Of a stretch of DNA of 11,131 nucleotides, positions 5,886 through 11,131 are shown piece by piece. The position numbers were made by a program, and so were the translations under genes. Source of the DNA: Okeania sp. (GTDB lineage: Bacteria > Cyanobacteriota > Cyanobacteriia > Cyanobacteriales > Microcoleaceae); assembly GCF_035285525.1 (NCBI RefSeq), contig NZ_JAYKGW010000255.1:1-11131 (forward strand). Reading direction: 5' to 3'. Under the pieces are notes generated by a model. That model did not search any database, was not told the origin of the DNA, and saw nothing but the letters and a program-made list of their open reading frames with translations. Numbering within the stretch: position 1 is the stretch's first letter; every line of letters starts with the position of its first letter.

Positions 5886-7967
5886 CTATTGAGAAATCAC
5901 TGTATCTTCCCGGAACGCCAAATTTTGAATCCGCTCATCTAAAGACGGAGCTACATCTGGCTCCTGAAAAGCACTGTTTGCTGTTGGGAAAACTTGATAT
6001 AAATATTCCGCCAGTGAATCTTGCTCCGTACCGAAAGGAGCAAAGTCGGCAACACCCTCAAAAGTTTCAGCGATCGCTTCATCTCTGACTCCATTTCGGT
6101 TGAGGTCTTCTGCCAATTCTAAATTCCCGTTACCATTTTTATCTGGTTCACCTAAAAGATCGACACGATCAAACAAAACAGGATCGGCATTCAAAAAATC
6201 AGGAAAAGGATAACTATCGCCACCGGCAGCGAGATAGCTAGTAGTAAGCACCCGGAAGGTACGACTAGGTTCCCCTACAAGTTCCCCATTTTTAGCAACA
6301 ACCTCAAACTCATCATTGTTCAAAACAACTAAAGAAATAACGCGATCGCTAGCAGGAAGCTCTGGGTCAAAGCTAAATTTTAGACCACTTACTTGGGGAA
6401 ACTGACCGGGGGTTGCACCAGGAGCTACCGCAGCTACCCCATGTTCAATAGTCTGCAATAGTTGTTCTGCCGTAATAGTAATTAAAGTGAGTTCGTTGTT
6501 AAATCGGAGAGAGTTGTTGATATCAAGTTGAGAAACCTCTCCTTCTTCCTTGCCTGCTTCTGGGTTAGCAGCAGGAGGTAATAGTTCAAAATCATTGGGA
6601 TCGGTGCTGCCACTGCCAGCGTTGATCACCCCAATACTAGCACGAATACCACCCCCATTTTTGATCACAACTTGTGTTGTATCGTCTACTGTTTTGGCAT
6701 AGGCTAAGTCGGCATCAGCAGTGAGGTTGCCTAGATTAGTTTCTTCAGTACGGACAAACGCCCGCTCACCTCGTAAAAATACAGCCGTGTTACCAAAAAT
6801 GTTGCTATCCTGAGTAGCAATGACTCTATTTAAGCTATCAGCTATCTCTACAATCTCCGGATCAGGGTTGCCACCAGTGGCAGCAACACCTGCATCGTCG
6901 GTAGCGTAAGCTCCACTAATATTTGGATCGATGCTATCAACCATGAGCATACCATTAGCATCGAAGTCTACCACGAGACGACCAACATAAGTATAATTAG
7001 CTTTTGTGTTAACTACAGCGATTTGGTTGCCGTCTCTATCAGTTTTGAGAATAGGATAATAACCAGCGCTGGTATCTCCAGCACGGAGGCGATCAGTTTC
7101 ATCAGACAACAATGTGTGGGAACCACCTGCTATGATAATATCCACATCTCGCAGACGATGAGCAAGTTCGTCACGCTCAATATTCAACTGTTGCATGTGG
7201 GATAAAAGAATCACTTTATTAATACCTGTTGCTGTCAAATCATCCACAGCTTTCTGAATGTAAGAAGCTAGGGCGTCGTAGTCTGTATGATTTTCCGGCA
7301 GTACGACCATGTCACCAGAAGAAGCAATCACAGGTAATAATGGAGTGACTGCGCCTACAATACCAATTTTTTCGCCACCAACAGTTATGATTCCTGTTCC
7401 AGCTAATTTTCCCGCTGACAGGGTACTAATTTCTTGTGCGTTTTCTGTCACTAAGTCTGCCAAATTTTTATCTGTGCTGAAATCCAAATTAGCACTCAAA
7501 TAAGGAAACAAGGCTCCACGGTATTTCCCAGAAGGTTGAATGATGTTTCTCACTTCGTTAGTTCCCAGATCGAAATCATGGTTGCCAACAGTAGACGCTT
7601 GGATGCCAAGTTGGTTATGGATTTCAATATTGGCGTGGCCAATACCTGCTTTGCCCACAGGAGTATCATTGAGGCTGGGATCGCTGCTCGCAAACAGGAA
7701 TGGGCTGGGAATATAGTTATCTCCAGAGGAAAGGAAAAGGGTATTAGGGTAGTCATCTTTGAGGGAGTTGAGGACAGCGGAAAAGCGAGGTGCGTCTTCT
7801 AAAGCTTCTAAACCTGCTTCAAAGTCAGAAGCATGGAGAAGTTGCAGGGTAAAGGTTGTATCATCTTCGGCAGTGGCGCTGTTGAGACCAAAAAAGATGC
7901 CACCAACAAATAGAAGAGCGCCTAGTGTGGCAAGAAGCCATTGGACTGGAGAAAAGGTTCGATTCAT
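5886..7967 (-). CDS. Secreted bifunctional metallophosphatase/5'-nucleotidase family protein with C-terminal EF-hand-like Ca-binding loop
   Basis: The start is placed at Met24 of the tracked ORF (ATG 7967-7965), giving a signal-peptide-like N-terminus MNRTFSPVQWLLATLGALLFVGGIFFGLNSATA/EDD. Calcineurin-like motifs: LLHASDFE, SSGDNY, VGNHDFDLG, LLSHMQ, AGGSHT. The 5'-nucleotidase C-terminal domain region is NLGNLTADA..IKNGGGIR. HIP1 at 6070 and 6342. EF-hand loop DKNGNGNLELAE at nt 6108-6143. Confidence 0.88.
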   Translation of the reverse strand: MNRTFSPVQWLLATLGALLFVGGIFFGLNSATAEDDTTFTLQLLHASDFEAGLEALEDAPRFSAVLNSLKDDYPNTLFLSSGDNYIPSPFLFASSDPSLNDTPVGKAGIGHANIEIHNQLGIQASTVGNHDFDLGTNEVRNIIQPSGKYRGALFPYLSANLDFSTDKNLADLVTENAQEISTLSAGKLAGTGIITVGGEKIGIVGAVTPLLPVIASSGDMVVLPENHTDYDALASYIQKAVDDLTATGINKVILLSHMQQLNIERDELAHRLRDVDIIIAGGSHTLLSDETDRLRAGDTSAGYYPILKTDRDGNQIAVVNTKANYTYVGRLVVDFDANGMLMVDSIDPNISGAYATDDAGVAATGGNPDPEIVEIADSLNRVIATQDSNIFGNTAVFLRGERAFVRTEETNLGNLTADADLAYAKTVDDTTQVVIKNGGGIRASIGVINAGSGSTDPNDFELLPPAANPEAGKEEGEVSQLDINNSLRFNNELTLITITAEQLLQTIEHGVAAVAPGATPGQFPQVSGLKFSFDPELPASDRVISLVVLNNDEFEVVAKNGELVGEPSRTFRVLTTSYLAAGGDSYPFPDFLNADPVLFDRVDLLGEPDKNGNGNLELAEDLNRNGVRDEAIAETFEGVADFAPFGTEQDSLAEYLYQVFPTANSAFQEPDVAPSLDERIQNLAFREDTVISQ

Positions 7968-8202
7968 TTTGATCAACTTCTGTAGGAATTTTTTGACTAG
8001 ATTGTTGAACCTTGGATAAAATATCCACAGGTTCATTTTTTTGAATCACTTAGTTCCCTAGAACTATTTTTGGTATTCATTTGATATGATATAAGATAGT
8101 GGCAAAAATCAAAAGTTGGATGAAAGTCCTCAATGTTAAATTATCCTTATTGGACCGACAAACCTTAAATAAATAAGGTTTGCTGAAAAAGCCTTTTTTA
8201 AG

Positions 8203-8227
8203 GGGTGGGGTAACCGGGAAGTAGGGG
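8203..8227 (+). other. G-quadruplex-type motif GGGGtGGGGtaaccGGGaagtaGGGG inside a G-rich dispersed repeat
   Basis: Four G3+ tracts with loops of 1, 5 and 5 nt. The adjoining GGGGAGTAGAGGAG (8224-8237) resembles GGGGAGTAGAAGAG near 11111-11124. Function unknown. Confidence 0.4.
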
Positions 8228-8523
8228 AGTAGAGGAGCTTGAAAGTAATTTTTTTTCCCAACTATCTGCGTAAAATAGTAACTTGAGGAGCATGGTTGAG
8301 CTGATTTTTCGGGAACCGTAAACTAGGTACTTTTTCTCGACCTAAAAACGCTAAAACCTTTATTTTTTAATACTTTGATGTTTAATCAGCCAGCCCTAAA
8401 TAGTGTATGAGAAAATGGGGCGATTACGAAAAAAGCTAAGGCATAGTTTGAGCTGTGTCAGTCTACTGAGAGCTAATGACTAAAGTCAAATATTGAATAA
8501 TAGTGTACATTAAAAACTAATAT

Positions 8524-8607
8524 GACTTACGCAAAGCTACTATATAGATTTCCAAAACTATTGTGCAATAGTTTTAAACGCTGTATATATGGTATCTGGG
8601 TAAGTCC
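8524..8607. repeat. 84-bp palindromic MITE-like element, copy 2 (inverted relative to 5644-5737)
   Basis: GACTTACGCAAAG...GGGTAAGTC arms and central AAAACTATTGtgCAATAGTTTT. Its reverse complement aligns with copy 1 through ..cagcgtt(t/c)aaaactattgcacaatagtttt.. and ..ctttgcgtaagt. Confidence 0.85.
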
Positions 8608-8810
8608 TGACTAAGACTAAAACTTAATAAACACAACTTACTTAGTACCGTTATAAGCAGTATGGGCGTTTCATGTCGCGCAGCGTCTTCGTATAGGGAA
8701 TAGGACTCTTGACCTGTCGCGAAGCGAAAATGCTATTTGCCCCTACAGATGGTGTATAATTTTGTTTTTTTTAAGTCCTGACAAATTTAAAATTAATTTA
8801 CGATAACCAA

Positions 8811-10967
8811 ATGTTGAAGCAAAACATCACAAAAATTTCTATAATAATAGTAACTGCTGTTGGCGCTCTCTTATTAGGGATTTTTTTTCCAGACTTTACC
8901 ACCACGAACACAACCTCTCAAAACACTACTGGAAAACCTAAATCAAAGTTAGATGTAACAAATTTTGTGTCTTGGCCACCAGAACAACGCCGTAGTGAAT
9001 TAGAAAGTGCCACAAAAACAGGAAACTCTCTAAATGTCAGTCGCGCTCGTTACATTCTAGCTAATGATTTAATTGAACAGGGACAAGCAGAGTTAGCGAT
9101 CGCTCAACTGAAAGATTTAGAAAAAAAATATCGAGTTTTAGCACCATACATTTTGGTAAAACGGGCGCAAGCTTACGAACAAATAGGGGAGACAAACAAA
9201 GCACAAAAAGCTTGGCAACAACTATCAAGAAGTTATCCAAAAGAACCAGTGGTGGTAGAAGCTTTGTATGTGCTAGGCAAAGAAAAACCCGAATACTGGG
9301 AGGAAGCGATCGCTAAATTTCCTGGTTATCCAACTACAGTAAAAATTGCTCAAGAAAAATTACAGCAAAATCCTAATCAACCAGATTTGTTGTTGCTCAT
9401 TGCTAAACATGGTTTTCATGTACCAGAATATGGCACGGTATTGGAACAACTGAGAACCAGATATGCTGCCTCGCTAACTCCCGAAGATTGGGAAATGATT
9501 GCATTTGGATATTGGGAAAAACAAGATTATGGTAAAGGTGCTTTAGCATATCAGCAAGCAGCTCAGACACCCAAACATTTGTATCGTCATGCCAGAGGTT
9601 TATGGTTAGGAGGAAAAACCAAAGAATCTCGCCAAGCTTATCAAAACCTGATTAATACTTTTCCCAATGGCGGAAAACATACAGCTTTAGGTTTGATTCG
9701 TTTGTCGAGGTTAGTTGACCGAAAAGAAGCTATAGTTTATCACGATAGAGTAATTGCTAATTTTCCTACTCATGCACCGGAAGCAATTTTAGAAAAATCT
9801 CAGTTACTTGATAAACTTGGTTCTGCTGATTCAGCGAAATTAGCGCGTCAAAGATTATTGAGAGAGCATAGTAAATCTGATGCTGCTGCCGAACTCCGGT
9901 GGGAGTTAGCTGAACAAGCTGCTCAAAGTGGCGATCTAAAAATAGCTTGGAAGTGGGCGCAACAGTTGACTGTAGAGAATCCCGATCATAAGTTAGCAGC
10001 CCAGGCAGGTTTCTGGATCGGTAAATGGGCGCAACAACTGGGAAGGCAAGAGGATGCTAAAACAGCCTTTGAATATATGATTTTACGGTATCCTCACTCT
10101 TATTATGCTTGGCGCTCGGCGGTGATGTTGGGTTGGCCGGTGGGGGATTTCACCACAGTCAGAAATTTATCTCCAGAGGTTGTACACAGCAAAAACCGCG
10201 AACCACTGCCTTTTGGTTCTGAAACATTGCAGGAACTATATCAAATCGGACAAGATGAGGATGTTTGGAAACAGTGGCAGGCAGAATTTACAGACCGCAT
10301 AGAGCCAACTGTTGCGCAACAGTATACTGATGGTGTAATGAGGATTGGTGTAGGGGATAATTTAGATGGTATTTGGATGCTGACTAGCTTGAGTCAACGG
10401 GAAAAACCAGAGGAGATAGCTGAGTATAAAGCTTTGAAAGCAAAGTCTACTTATTGGCAAACTTTGTATCCTTTTCCTTATTTGGAAACTATTGTGAAAT
10501 GGTCTAATCAACGAGAGTTAAATACTGTTTTGGTGACTGCTTTAATCCGTCAAGAATCTCGTTTTATGCCAAAAATTAAATCGGTTGTGGGAGCAACAGG
10601 ATTAATGCAAGTAATGCCACAAACTGGAGCCGAAAGTGCGAGGAAAATTAATCTGGCTAGTTATGATTTAGAGAATGTGAATGATAATGTTAATCTAGGT
10701 ACTTATTATTTTGATTTTACTCATCAAGAGTATCAGAATAATTCGATGTTAGCAGTAGCGAGTTATAATGCAGGTCCGAATGCTGTGGGTAGTTGGTTAA
10801 AGCGGTTTGGGTTTAATGATGCTGATGCTTTTGTGGAGAAAATTCCATATCCAGAAACCAGAGATTATGTGGAGTCTGTGTTTGAAAATTATTGGAATTA
10901 TTTACAGATTTATAATCCTGAAGTTTCTCAGTTAATGGAGCAGCATTTCGCTAAATATAAAAAATAG
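8811..10967 (+). CDS. Membrane-anchored soluble-lytic-transglycosylase (Slt70-like) protein: helical-repeat N-domain plus C-terminal SLT domain
   Basis: Complete 718-aa ORF. N-terminal anchor ISIIIVTAVGALLLGIFF. Long alpha-helical TPR-like region. SLT family 1 motifs LIRQESRF (catalytic Glu codon 10554-10556), GATGLMQVMP and VASYNAGPNAV. HIP1 at 9096 and 9306. Confidence 0.9.
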   Translation: MLKQNITKISIIIVTAVGALLLGIFFPDFTTTNTTSQNTTGKPKSKLDVTNFVSWPPEQRRSELESATKTGNSLNVSRARYILANDLIEQGQAELAIAQLKDLEKKYRVLAPYILVKRAQAYEQIGETNKAQKAWQQLSRSYPKEPVVVEALYVLGKEKPEYWEEAIAKFPGYPTTVKIAQEKLQQNPNQPDLLLLIAKHGFHVPEYGTVLEQLRTRYAASLTPEDWEMIAFGYWEKQDYGKGALAYQQAAQTPKHLYRHARGLWLGGKTKESRQAYQNLINTFPNGGKHTALGLIRLSRLVDRKEAIVYHDRVIANFPTHAPEAILEKSQLLDKLGSADSAKLARQRLLREHSKSDAAAELRWELAEQAAQSGDLKIAWKWAQQLTVENPDHKLAAQAGFWIGKWAQQLGRQEDAKTAFEYMILRYPHSYYAWRSAVMLGWPVGDFTTVRNLSPEVVHSKNREPLPFGSETLQELYQIGQDEDVWKQWQAEFTDRIEPTVAQQYTDGVMRIGVGDNLDGIWMLTSLSQREKPEEIAEYKALKAKSTYWQTLYPFPYLETIVKWSNQRELNTVLVTALIRQESRFMPKIKSVVGATGLMQVMPQTGAESARKINLASYDLENVNDNVNLGTYYFDFTHQEYQNNSMLAVASYNAGPNAVGSWLKRFGFNDADAFVEKIPYPETRDYVESVFENYWNYLQIYNPEVSQLMEQHFAKYKK

Positions 10968-10969
10968 CC

Positions 10970-11040
10970 GTAGGTTGGGTTGAGGCACGAAACCCAACAA
11001 ATACAGTAGGTGTAGGTTGGGTTGAGGCACGAAACCCAAC
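10970..11040 (+). terminator. Two tandem copies (42-bp period) of the GTTGGGTT-gaggcacga-AACCCAAC hairpin repeat, immediately after the transglycosylase stop
   Basis: The first stem GTTGGGTT (10974-10981) pairs with AACCCAAC (10991-10998). The second stem GTTGGGTT (11016-11023) pairs with AACCCAAC (11033-11040). The repeat starts 3 nt after the TAG at 10965-10967. No clear U-tract, so a terminator role is inferred from position only. The repeat identity itself is certain. Confidence 0.45.
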
Positions 11041-11131
11041 AACTACATCATATTTCGGGTAATATCAAACAAGGAAAGCACCAGAAAATCCCCCAACCCT
11101 CCTTTGAAAGGGGAGTAGAAGAGGAAAAATT

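Noticed and set aside
7968-8036. 23-codon N-terminal extension of the nucleotidase ORF (MNLWIFYPRFNNLVKKFLQKLIK)
   Set aside because: Starting at Met24 gives a classical signal peptide (positive n-region, hydrophobic core, ATA/ED cleavage-like site). The extension would bury it.
5882-8049. Seven short ORFs overlapping the nucleotidase gene (5882-6088, 7023-7205, 7309-7503, 7536-7802, 7550-7756, 7759-8019, 7861-8049)
   Set aside because: All are antisense or off-frame within a well-supported 693-aa gene. Their basic or Ser/Arg-rich composition is typical of shadow ORFs.
8040-8160. Pho-box array upstream of the phosphatase/nucleotidase gene
   Set aside because: On the minus strand I see only TTTAACAT and two 8-mers (CTTTCATC, CTTTTGAT) at 11-bp spacing. 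They fit PyTTAAPyPy(T/A) poorly, and that is not enough to call.

Overview
The window looks like a chromosomal segment from a filamentous, Nostocales-type cyanobacterium. This is inferred from six HIP1 octamers (GCGATCGC at 426, 3351, 6070, 6342, 9096, 9306), STRR-like heptamer runs and dense families of small hairpin repeats. No searches were run, so all family calls rest on motifs read by eye.

Five confident protein genes:
- a YkuD-type L,D-transpeptidase (309-878 +)
- a Uma2/DUF820-type endonuclease with a coiled-coil tail (1068-1784 -)
- a U32-family 'peptidase' carrying a four-Cys Fe-S-type motif (2270-3466 +)
- a secreted metallophosphatase/5'-nucleotidase with an EF-hand-like loop (5886-7967 -)
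- a membrane-anchored Slt70-like lytic transglycosylase (8811-10967 +)

Between the convergent U32 and nucleotidase genes lies an AT-rich, HIP1-free islet of about 2.4 kb (3467-5885). It holds an orphan two-gene cassette, an XRE-like HTH protein plus a very acidic 133-aa protein. It also holds a stop-riddled, internally deleted and tandemly duplicated Rpn-family (DUF2887/DUF4351-like) nuclease pseudogene, and a palindromic MITE-like element.

The Uma2/U32 divergent intergenic region is mostly a 57-bp tandem repeat array of hairpin units bounded by an 11-bp inverted repeat. No tRNA, rRNA, CRISPR array or intact transposase was seen.

The best candidates for something undescribed are the HTH/acidic-protein cassette and the 57-bp hairpin array. 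Both are hypotheses.
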